DNA of 64,000 bases from Candidatus Chisholmbacteria bacterium (GTDB taxonomy: Bacteria; Patescibacteriota; Microgenomatia; UBA1400; Chisholmbacteraceae): assembly GCA_963704905.1 (NCBI GenBank), contig CAVPHZ010000002.1, positions 364,905 to 428,904 on the forward strand. The letters run 5' to 3'. Position 1 is the stretch's first letter. Every line of letters begins with the position of its first letter. Shown here piece by piece: positions 39,976-47,996 of this stretch. The notes below the pieces were generated by a model that was not told where the DNA came from, did no database searches, and saw only the letters and a program-made list of their open reading frames with translations. A program made the translations under genes and the position numbers.

Positions 39976-40256
39976 ATCTCTCGTTCTGTGAAAGAACTAC
40001 CCACCTCGGTAATTTACCTTAAGTCAGACGAAGGGAAATCGAGGTAGCGATTCAAGTGAATTGCGAATTAGATCTTCAAGCTAAGCTCTCCTTCGCAATT
40101 CTAATAGTACAAAAAACAATGACCCTTTTTGAATGAGCTCATCAAGATGAGCTGAACGAATTCAACTGAAGAAGTCATCGACTGTTCGACGAAGGTTTAT
40201 CCTGAGGAGTTTGATGACATGAATGAGTGCAGCGAAATCCTGACGAATCATTCACT

Positions 40257-40302
40257 TAGGCACCCTTTCTTGGTTACTTCTTTAGGCGAGTAAAGAAGTA
40301 AC
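40257..40302 (+). promoter_or_regulatory. conserved leader element/hairpin immediately upstream of rplK
   Basis: GGTTACTTCTTT-AGGCGAGT-AAAGAAGTAAC forms an 11-bp perfect stem with an 8-nt loop and ends 9 nt before the ATG. Near-identical to the element upstream of rplJ. Confidence 0.45.
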
Positions 40303-40310
40303 AAATAAAT

Positions 40311-40739
40311 ATGGCAGCCAAAAAAGTTAAAACCGTCCTAAAACTCAATCTCCCCGCCGGAGAAGCCAATCCAGCTCCTCCAGTTGGACCAGCGCTCGGT
40401 CAACACGGTGTCAATATTATGGAGTTCTGCAAGGCATACAATGCGCTGACTCAGGATAAAAAAGGCCAACTCATCCCTGCCGAAATCACCATCTACGAAG
40501 ACCGGAGCTTTACCTTTGTCACCAAGCTTCCACCGGTATCGGAATTGATTAAAAAAGCCTTAAAACTAAAAAAAGGTGCCAAAACCACAGGAACTGAAAC
40601 TGTGGCAACGATAACACGAGGGCAAGCTGAAACCATTGCGAAAGAGAAAATGCAGGATCTTAACACGACAAATCTTGAGGCTGCCGTACGATCTGTCCTG
40701 GGAACTGCGAAGAGCATGGGAATCCGCCTGGAAGGATAA
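40311..40739 (+). CDS. rplK: 50S ribosomal protein L11
   Basis: [22 protein letters not shown] signature. Confidence 0.9.
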   Translation: MAAKKVKTVLKLNLPAGEANPAPPVGPALGQHGVNIMEFCKAYNALTQDKKGQLIPAEITIYEDRSFTFVTKLPPVSELIKKALKLKKGAKTTGTETVATITRGQAETIAKEKMQDLNTTNLEAAVRSVLGTAKSMGIRLEG

Positions 40740-40743
40740 ATAT

Positions 40744-41625
40744 ATGGGTCAAAAACGTCTTACACTCGTTGACATGACTTCAGACGAGAAGCAAAAAAAA
40801 GTCAGCGCCAAATCAGTAAAAAAATCTCCCACCAAGGCAATGAAATCTGGAAAAGGAACTGGAAATCTTGTCGATAAAGGTGAATCAATCGAGGATATTA
40901 TTCTCGATAGTGATCAACTCATACCTGATATAGATTCAACTAAAGAAGATAGTGATAGTGAACAAGAAACAGTAGCAATAAAACGAGAGCCACGGGTTCG
41001 TAGTCGCCGCTACAAATATGCCCGTTCACAAGTGGACCGTACGATGAGTTACCCGATTGATCAAGCCATCGAGCTAGTCAAAAAAACCTCCATTAGTCGG
41101 TTTGAAGGAACCATCACCGCCCATCTGAATCTGAGCGAACCAGGACTTATCAAAGAAGTGACGTTCCCCCACTCAACAGGGAAGAAAACTATAGTTGCGA
41201 TCGCTACTGATTTCATTCTTAAAAAAGTCGAGCAAAAAAAGATTGATTTTGATATATTGCTAGCCACCCCAGTTATGATGCCAAAAATTGCCAAGGTTGC
41301 CAAAATTCTTGGACCAATGGGTCTCATGCCCAACCCAAAAAATGGCACCATTACTGACAAACCTGATGAGCGGAAAAAAGAACTTGAAGGTGGAACAACA
41401 CAGGTAAAAGCCGAATCCAAAGCTCCACTCATGCACGTTGTTATCGGGAAAACCTCAGCCAAAGACAATCAACTCAAAGAAAACCTCATAGCCCTGGTAA
41501 ATGCGATTTCAATCAAACATGTCAAAAAGATCAGCCTGGCTTCCTCCATGTCCCCAGGAGTAAAAGTTGATCTCCTAACCCTCCAAAGTGAAAAAGAAGA
41601 AAAAGAGAATAAAAAGAAAAAATAG
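40744..41625 (+). CDS. rplA: 50S ribosomal protein L1 with ~75-aa K/S/D-rich N-terminal extension
   Basis: SD GGAAGGA lies 7 nt upstream of ATG 40744. Conserved L1 core from YPIDQAIELVKK onward. The track ORF 40636 start is an in-frame artefact overlapping rplK. Confidence 0.8.
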   Translation: MGQKRLTLVDMTSDEKQKKVSAKSVKKSPTKAMKSGKGTGNLVDKGESIEDIILDSDQLIPDIDSTKEDSDSEQETVAIKREPRVRSRRYKYARSQVDRTMSYPIDQAIELVKKTSISRFEGTITAHLNLSEPGLIKEVTFPHSTGKKTIVAIATDFILKKVEQKKIDFDILLATPVMMPKIAKVAKILGPMGLMPNPKNGTITDKPDERKKELEGGTTQVKAESKAPLMHVVIGKTSAKDNQLKENLIALVNAISIKHVKKISLASSMSPGVKVDLLTLQSEKEEKENKKKK

Positions 41626-41695
41626 CCTCACTTGAGTTTCACTCCAACCCGAAAATGTATTAACCCTTGTCAATTTTTCATGATTTTGATAAGAA

Positions 41696-43303
41696 GTGTT
41701 TCATATGTCACATCATGAACACGCTCACAAAGGCGGACTTCCCATTTTTACGAGGAGATTTGATAATGATGGGTACTACCGTCATGAAACTACCTCTATC
41801 AATGCCATATTTGTAGATGCAAAAGATCCACTCCATCAATCAATACTCAAGGGAATGCAGGATGCATTACGCAGCAGAGGGAGTATTGTATCGTATGCAG
41901 ACCAAAGACAATTTCCGGATGCTGTAAATGTCGCATTTCGTTTCGACAACGATCCATACGCAGAAAGAAAAACAGGTGAGCTGGCATTCCGGCATACAAA
42001 ACCAAGAGGACATAAGAAAGCCAATTACATCGTGCTTGTGGATCAAATTCCTCCTGATCTTCTTGAAGAAGAAAATACAACAAACTTAAAAGATTGGCTT
42101 TTGGATATTCAGGTTGCTAAAGCGTGTCACAACCTGATTGTCATTGAAGGCAAACCTAATCAACCAGAATTAGAATCTGGTGCTGTCGCTGCGATTCGTA
42201 GTATGGAAGGAAATGTAACTCTTTCAAATTTTGAAGGTGATGGTTCAAATTTCTACACGAGTCTTGCTGAGGTAATGGAGTTGTTGTGCGGCGCAGAAAT
42301 GGTAAATGTTAAAGAGGGTTTCCCATCCGACTCACTCGGTTTTCGCGAATGGGTACAGGCTGGAACAGTGCAGGAATTAGCCAAGATGAGTAGGATATTA
42401 GCCAAGGCTGGGCTCCTCTGGGATTTAGATCTGGAAGCAAAGGCTAGCAGAGGTCAACTGAGAGATATTCTCAGAACACTCAGACAGGCAGGATTAGGAG
42501 AGGGAATGATGAGCGGAATTGAGAGAACATCGGGAATCATGGCCATTTCCGAAACTGGAGTCTCCAAAACTGGACTCAGTCCCTATCGAGGAGAAATTGT
42601 TCCTGTAACAGACATTACACAATTTGGTGCAGCACATCTTATTATGAATGGCATTCCAGAGGGCCACCCCTATACATTATTTGAACGAAGATCCGCAGAA
42701 GACCTTCAGGCGGTGGCGGGTTTTCTTCAATCAAGTTTCTTAAGAGGTCAACTTCCCAATTTAGTATTGGATATGTTAACCAGAGGAAAAAACATTAGCG
42801 TTGACCACCCCCCATCCATTGAAGTACACGAAAATGGCATGCTATATCGGTATGTAGCGCTTCTCCACGATTCGATTATTAATCGAGGAGAATTTCTGCC
42901 GCTTCAAGATTACTTAGAGATAACTGCACAGGACCTTGAACACCAGGGATCGCTGTCTGTTATCCCCGAGGGAGTTACTGTTGCAGCTGATGCAGGTGCA
43001 CATCTGCACAAAATACTTGCACCATCTCAACAAAACCCATACATTAAAACGACTAATTTAGATATGAGTAGACTAAATTTCCAGCATGCTCCTCCCTGCG
43101 GTTCACGAGAAGGTGCGATAGAATTATTAACTGGAGTAGAACAATCATATAGAGAGTATGGTTTGCCGGAATCACCTGAAGAAGTAAGGTCAACTGACCT
43201 ACCTGGACACGGAAGCTTTTCCTGGGGTTTTCAGGGTCCAGTAAAATTAGCAGAGACACTTGCATCAGCCAACTGGGAACCATTCGTCCGGCGCGTGCAC
43301 TGA
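41696..43303 (+). CDS. hypothetical protein (535 aa) inserted between rplA and rplJ
   Basis: Long ORF with no motif I can recognise. His-rich N-terminus (MFHMSHHEHAHKGG). Confidence 0.45.
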   Translation: MFHMSHHEHAHKGGLPIFTRRFDNDGYYRHETTSINAIFVDAKDPLHQSILKGMQDALRSRGSIVSYADQRQFPDAVNVAFRFDNDPYAERKTGELAFRHTKPRGHKKANYIVLVDQIPPDLLEEENTTNLKDWLLDIQVAKACHNLIVIEGKPNQPELESGAVAAIRSMEGNVTLSNFEGDGSNFYTSLAEVMELLCGAEMVNVKEGFPSDSLGFREWVQAGTVQELAKMSRILAKAGLLWDLDLEAKASRGQLRDILRTLRQAGLGEGMMSGIERTSGIMAISETGVSKTGLSPYRGEIVPVTDITQFGAAHLIMNGIPEGHPYTLFERRSAEDLQAVAGFLQSSFLRGQLPNLVLDMLTRGKNISVDHPPSIEVHENGMLYRYVALLHDSIINRGEFLPLQDYLEITAQDLEHQGSLSVIPEGVTVAADAGAHLHKILAPSQQNPYIKTTNLDMSRLNFQHAPPCGSREGAIELLTGVEQSYREYGLPESPEEVRSTDLPGHGSFSWGFQGPVKLAETLASANWEPFVRRVH

Positions 43304-43347
43304 CTTCATGACTAGTGTTCATAATACTCAGATGTTAATATATTCCC

Positions 43348-43815
43348 ATGATCGATGATCCGCAGCTTATCGAAGCCATAGACAAATCTCCCCTCTCCCC
43401 AGAAGATAAGCAACACTGGAAGGATATCCTCTATAAGCTCAACTCAGAACAGCGTGAACGGCTCCATCACAGCTTAACTTCAAAAACCGAGATTAAACGT
43501 GCAATCAATCTCATCGAACGCGCACTCAAAATCATCTCCGAAGCCGAGCAGGAAGCAGAACAAGAGGTACAAAAAGAACAGGAAGATAAATCAGATAAGG
43601 ATAAATTACTCAAAGAACTTGAAGAAATCCGTAAAACAGAGGAGGACATCCTTCTTGACGAAAACCAACTTAAGCAAAAACAGGAAGAAACTAAAGCAGA
43701 AATACTTCAGATAAGAGAAGATATCAAAAAACTGTCAATGGAAGCCCACGGTACTCCCCCTCCCTCATACGTGGGTCCAAGTGCTCAAATACCACAGCTC
43801 AGAAAATCTGAGTAA
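43348..43815 (+). CDS. coiled-coil hypothetical protein
   Basis: 155 aa with an E/K/Q-rich heptad region. TGtTAATAT box 6 nt upstream of the ATG. Confidence 0.4.
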   Translation: MIDDPQLIEAIDKSPLSPEDKQHWKDILYKLNSEQRERLHHSLTSKTEIKRAINLIERALKIISEAEQEAEQEVQKEQEDKSDKDKLLKELEEIRKTEEDILLDENQLKQKQEETKAEILQIREDIKKLSMEAHGTPPPSYVGPSAQIPQLRKSE

Positions 43816-43837
43816 CTCCTAAATTGTTGGGGAGTAA

Positions 43838-44146
43838 TTAGTCCTGAGAAGCTTGCTGATTATCCGCTGGAGGGTCTTGCACTGGCTGTGATCCAGATCC
43901 AATCCCATCCCCAGCTTCCTCTAATTCCTCTTGAAGTTCTTGATCTTCCTTTCCCAGCAATTTCTGCAGACTCGCCAATGCCCGTTGTAGAGCAGCACGA
44001 ATCGCTTCAACTGGATCATCTTCTTTTATTTCTGGTTCATCCGCCATAAAAAACCTCCAATCTAAGTGTACTGAAAATAGTATAAAGAATCTACTCGTGT
44101 TGACAAACATAAGCAGATGAGTACAATATGGCCTATCCAAAGACAA
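43838..44146 (-). CDS. small acidic hypothetical protein
   Basis: 102-aa ORF. Confidence 0.3.
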   Translation of the reverse strand: MSLDRPYCTHLLMFVNTSRFFILFSVHLDWRFFMADEPEIKEDDPVEAIRAALQRALASLQKLLGKEDQELQEELEEAGDGIGSGSQPVQDPPADNQQASQD

Positions 44147-44408
44147 TGGGCAGTAAAGTAAGTCCCATCGAGGAAAAACAACTCATACCTCGCGTTTTTG
44201 GCGGGGTTTATTTATTTAAGAATTGAAATTTAACAATAATTTTACCCTTTTGAAACCGCTGCAGTAGTGATTCAAAAGCGAAGTGAGTGGGATACCGAAA
44301 CTGACCCTGAGCCTGTCGAAGGGGAATTTCGGAGGGAAATGAAATGATCCTGAGAGAATCTCAAGATCTCCCACCGCTGAGCTTGAAGTATCACCGGCAA
44401 GGCTTCGC

Positions 44409-44455
44409 TAGGGCACTCTTTCCTGGTTACTTCTTTGGGTGAACAAAGAAGTAAC
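44409..44455 (+). promoter_or_regulatory. conserved leader element/hairpin immediately upstream of rplJ
   Basis: GGTTACTTCTTT-GGGTGAAC-AAAGAAGTAAC has the same 11-bp stem and 8-nt purine-rich loop as the rplK leader. Flanking sequence GGCACYCTTTCYTGGTTAC is also shared. Confidence 0.45.
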
Positions 44456-44462
44456 AACACAT

Positions 44463-45002
44463 ATGCCAAGTCAAAAAAACATAGACCAGCTAAATGACCT
44501 CACAGAAAAGCTTAGCCAAGCTAAAGCAGTCATCCTTTCTGACTACTCTGGTTTGTCGGTTGTAGATCAGACTGAGTTACGTCAAAAAGTCACAGAATCT
44601 GGAGGAAAGTTTATTGTTGCCAAAAACTCTCTTTTCAAACTTGCTCTAAAAGAATTAAAAATAGAGATTAGCAATGAGCTCGACACTGCACTTCAAGGCC
44701 CAACAGCATTTCTCTTTGCACTTGAAGATGAAGTCAGTCCCATTAAAGCGCTCGTCTCTTTTGCCAAACAAAAAGAGCTTCCCAAAACCAAAATTGGGTT
44801 GATGCTTGAGCCATCTGATCGGGTACTTTCCCTAGAGGAAATTGAGGAACTTGCTCTGCTTCCCTCTCGAAACGAACTCATAGCAAAACTCGTTGGGACA
44901 CTGAACAGTCCTACCTATAGGTTAGTAAATGCATTATCAGGGAATTTAAGAAAGTTAGTAGTTGTATTAAAAGAAATCGAAAAGTCTAAGCAGGCAAACT
45001 AG
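44463..45002 (+). CDS. rplJ: 50S ribosomal protein L10
   Basis: L10 N-terminal domain. The track start 44439 is a GTG inside the leader hairpin; ATG 44463 is preferred. Confidence 0.85.
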   Translation: MPSQKNIDQLNDLTEKLSQAKAVILSDYSGLSVVDQTELRQKVTESGGKFIVAKNSLFKLALKELKIEISNELDTALQGPTAFLFALEDEVSPIKALVSFAKQKELPKTKIGLMLEPSDRVLSLEEIEELALLPSRNELIAKLVGTLNSPTYRLVNALSGNLRKLVVVLKEIEKSKQAN

Positions 45003-45083
45003 GAATCTGAAACACGAGCAAGCTTTGCCTTTCCTGAGTATGACCGGAGGGCGCGCAGTGTTTCACAGTTGATTTCTTTTTGC

Positions 45084-45115
45084 CAAACTTTTTCTTTTTA
45101 AAGAGAAAAAGTTTG
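45084..45115 (+). promoter_or_regulatory. AT-rich 13-bp inverted repeat between rplJ and rplL, followed by strong SD
   Basis: CAAACTTTTTCTT...AGAGAAAAAGTTTG, with one mismatch. Then AGGAGGTGA 7 nt before the rplL ATG. Confidence 0.3.
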
Positions 45116-45132
45116 ATAGGAGGTGAGAGAGT

Positions 45133-45612
45133 ATGGCAGATGATACCAAAAAAGAAGCAGCCAAATCAGAAAAAACTGAACCAAAGAATGAAGCTAAAAA
45201 AGAGGTCAAACTCTCGGGAAATTTGAAAAAAATCGTCGACGAGATTGAGAAACTTACAGTTGTCGAGCTTGCTGACCTGGTAAAAACCCTTGAAAAGAAA
45301 TTTGGAGTGTCAGCCGCAGCCGCGGTAGTCGCAACTCCAACAGCCGTTGGAGGAACCGCGACCGCTGGAGGAGATGCAGTGCCAGCCGCTGAAGCAAAAA
45401 GTGAATTCGATGTAATTCTTGCAGCCGCAGGTGCAAACAAAATCGCAGTAATCAAAGCAGTCCGCGAGATCAAACAGGATCTTGGACTAAAAGAAGCCAA
45501 AGATCTTGTCGAAAAAGCACCGCAAAAACTTTTGGAAGCAGCCAAAAAAGAAGACGCTGAAGTAGCCAAGAAAAAACTCGAAGACGCTGGAGCTCAAGTA
45601 GAATTGAAATAA
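45133..45612 (+). CDS. rplL: 50S ribosomal protein L7/L12 with ~25-aa lysine-rich N-terminal extension
   Basis: Ala-rich hinge ([12 protein letters not shown]) and C-terminal domain ([25 protein letters not shown]). Confidence 0.9.
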   Translation: MADDTKKEAAKSEKTEPKNEAKKEVKLSGNLKKIVDEIEKLTVVELADLVKTLEKKFGVSAAAAVVATPTAVGGTATAGGDAVPAAEAKSEFDVILAAAGANKIAVIKAVREIKQDLGLKEAKDLVEKAPQKLLEAAKKEDAEVAKKKLEDAGAQVELK

Positions 45613-45715
45613 TTAAAACCACCTACGTTAACCACATTTACATCAAGTGGACCAAGCTGGGTAGTTCTTGTGAAAAAAACGTTCAGATATGAAGCCTCAC
45701 AGCAGTCATTTTTCT

Positions 45716-46957
45716 TTAACGAATCCCCTTGCCATGTAAAAACCTGAGATCTCCATTCATAAAAACCGCTGGTTGAGCAGTCTCAATATCTTCAAACTTT
45801 CCAACTGCTTCAGGTTGAATAAACGTCTGATATTCATAATAGAGAGGGATTGAACCTTCGTAAGAAGACGCTCGATGCCATGTGTTAACAGGAATCATGA
45901 ATCCATCACCTCGCTGCAGCACAAACTGCTCTTTTAAATCAGGCTCCTCACCTATCTGAATGGCTAGCGGACCCTCTACGACATAGAGCAGTTTTCGCCG
46001 TTGGGAATGTCGGTAAACCGAGGTTGCTCCCCCAGATCCGATCTCATTTAGTTTTGAAACTTCTTGATCAGTAATCACCAAATCTGCAGAACAACCCCAT
46101 ACTGCATTGAGGTCAATCGCCTCCTCGGGCCGTCTGATTGTCAACGATCCATTCGTAGTCACGTAATAATCGGATTGAGAAAATACGGTGGGAAAATAGG
46201 CAGCCCAATCTGGCTCAACGATTTGAGTCTGAATATTCAATTGTTTCTGAAAATCTCGAGTATTCCACAATTTCCTTCGTTCCAGCACCCGTTGGAGGCG
46301 CTGGGAAGGTAAGGCATCCATGATGATCTGTAGCGAAGGAAGGTTGTGGGAACGAATTACCCCTTGGATTTCGGGTGACAGGCTATATCTCCCTGTAAAC
46401 ATCAGGATATTGAAGTCTAAGGCCACTTGAAGTTGGTGATTTGCGTATCCTAACGGGTCATCATGACGATAGGTACCGTCAAACTGAAACTCGGTCAAGC
46501 CGAGATTCTTTGCGTTGATCACTCCTTCAAGCCACTCAGTCTGCCGTTCCAAATTATGCCAATCCTTGACCGAAATGCTATGGGGAGCTATCTGTGATAA
46601 TGCTCCAGAATCCTCGGGTAAGCCTCGTGTACACCGGTCTCTCAAAAAGACATCACCGTCTATTGCAAGGATATTGGGATGCGCTTGGGAATACATCCTG
46701 CCGAATTGTCTTTTCCCGGCCGCCGAGGGACCATCAACACAAACCACCATGCCGATAGGTCCATCAGCATTCAGCTGTTCCATGGCAAGTGTGATCACCT
46801 CATCTAAAGGTTGATAATATTCGGTACTGCGGTATTGAATCTCAGTCCTTTCAGCTCTGGAGAGCTTGTCATTTTCTACAGTCGTCATCATCTTCTCCAA
46901 TACACATTTATTACATACAAAATATGAAATTATACAGAAACAGTCAGCAGAAAACAA
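45716..46957 (-). CDS. P-loop kinase-like domain fused to cupin domain protein
   Basis: Walker A-like GPSAAGKRQFG in the N-terminal half. The C-terminal half has a cupin-like beta pattern (LYVVEGPLAIQIGEE...GDGFMIPVNTWHR). Confidence 0.4.
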   Translation of the reverse strand: MFSADCFCIISYFVCNKCVLEKMMTTVENDKLSRAERTEIQYRSTEYYQPLDEVITLAMEQLNADGPIGMVVCVDGPSAAGKRQFGRMYSQAHPNILAIDGDVFLRDRCTRGLPEDSGALSQIAPHSISVKDWHNLERQTEWLEGVINAKNLGLTEFQFDGTYRHDDPLGYANHQLQVALDFNILMFTGRYSLSPEIQGVIRSHNLPSLQIIMDALPSQRLQRVLERRKLWNTRDFQKQLNIQTQIVEPDWAAYFPTVFSQSDYYVTTNGSLTIRRPEEAIDLNAVWGCSADLVITDQEVSKLNEIGSGGATSVYRHSQRRKLLYVVEGPLAIQIGEEPDLKEQFVLQRGDGFMIPVNTWHRASSYEGSIPLYYEYQTFIQPEAVGKFEDIETAQPAVFMNGDLRFLHGKGIR

Positions 46958-47081
46958 CCCTCCTGTTCGGTAGTTAGTGAATGATGTCTACTCATACGAG
47001 AACAGATAATATTGAAGAAATATTGAAGCAACTGGAATCACAATGTAACTGAAGTTATAAGGTATATGAAAAAATAAACCG

Positions 47082-47936
47082 TTATATCAACCGCTGATAG
47101 CTTGGATCTGTTGGATTAATCTTTGGAAGTCGTGGTTTTACATCAGGTTTAGGAAAAGCATGCAGTTGATCTTTGATCCGATTCCGATACTTCTGAGGGT
47201 TCTTAATTTCTTCCAATGTCGGTGGATTCTCATAGAGCACCGGCCAAGCATGAGAATTCTCTCGACCAAGAACAGAAAAAACAGTAGAAATACCAGCAAT
47301 ATGCACCATACTTCTGTTCATTTGATACCCGTCATACCCCAATGGTCCACTCAAAGGTAATACGAGAGTTGGATCATCCACAATTTTCTCCAATAGACCA
47401 TGGTACTCTCTCAGAACTCGACTGCAATGCACAGCTACTTCACGCATATCGATCTGCTCATCATCATTGCTGTCTAACTCGGTAATTGCTGCAGCTTCGA
47501 GTATACCTTCATCGAGAATAGCCCGGATTGTCGTATTCTCCGGTCGTTGTTCTTCAGAATAATTCAGCAACAGATGGCCGATTTCATGTGCGCTTGAATG
47601 CGTCTCTCCTTGACTCAATTCCTGACTCCCCTCAACATCAAAATTCTCAGGGGTAAATACAAATCCCAACATTTCATCTTGCTTCGGTAGCAGTCTCGCT
47701 ACAACACCCCACTTTCCCTTGTCAGCATTTTCTTCAAATATAAGCACATCAGCCTGTAGTTGAACGCCTAGCTGCTCCTGCATCCGAACAGCAACCTGCT
47801 GCAGTACTCCACGTCTTCCTTCTTCCTCATTCACCAAAGGTCTCTCATTCTTTATACTTGCCCGACTCAAGAATAAAAATGAGTCAGCTGCACCCCCTCT
47901 GCCTTCACTATGATCGTTTTCGTCCTCACCAGCCAT
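47082..47936 (-). CDS. putative zinc metallopeptidase (HExxH)
   Basis: SAHEIGHLLLN motif. Highly acidic protein. Confidence 0.35.
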   Translation of the reverse strand: MAGEDENDHSEGRGGAADSFLFLSRASIKNERPLVNEEEGRRGVLQQVAVRMQEQLGVQLQADVLIFEENADKGKWGVVARLLPKQDEMLGFVFTPENFDVEGSQELSQGETHSSAHEIGHLLLNYSEEQRPENTTIRAILDEGILEAAAITELDSNDDEQIDMREVAVHCSRVLREYHGLLEKIVDDPTLVLPLSGPLGYDGYQMNRSMVHIAGISTVFSVLGRENSHAWPVLYENPPTLEEIKNPQKYRNRIKDQLHAFPKPDVKPRLPKINPTDPSYQRLI

Positions 47937-47996
47937 AGAAGTAGTATACTTGGAAAAGAAAAGAAAAAATTACGGTCACTTAAAATGTAAGAAGTA

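Noticed and set aside
40636-40743. Track start of rplA at 40636, overlapping rplK
   Set aside because: In-frame extension through the end of rplK. An SD (GGAAGGA) precedes ATG 40744, which matches the conserved L1 core.
45063-45569. 168-aa Ala/Ser-rich minus-strand ORF
   Set aside because: Antisense to rplL. The Ala-rich frame is a by-product of the L7/L12 hinge coding sequence.
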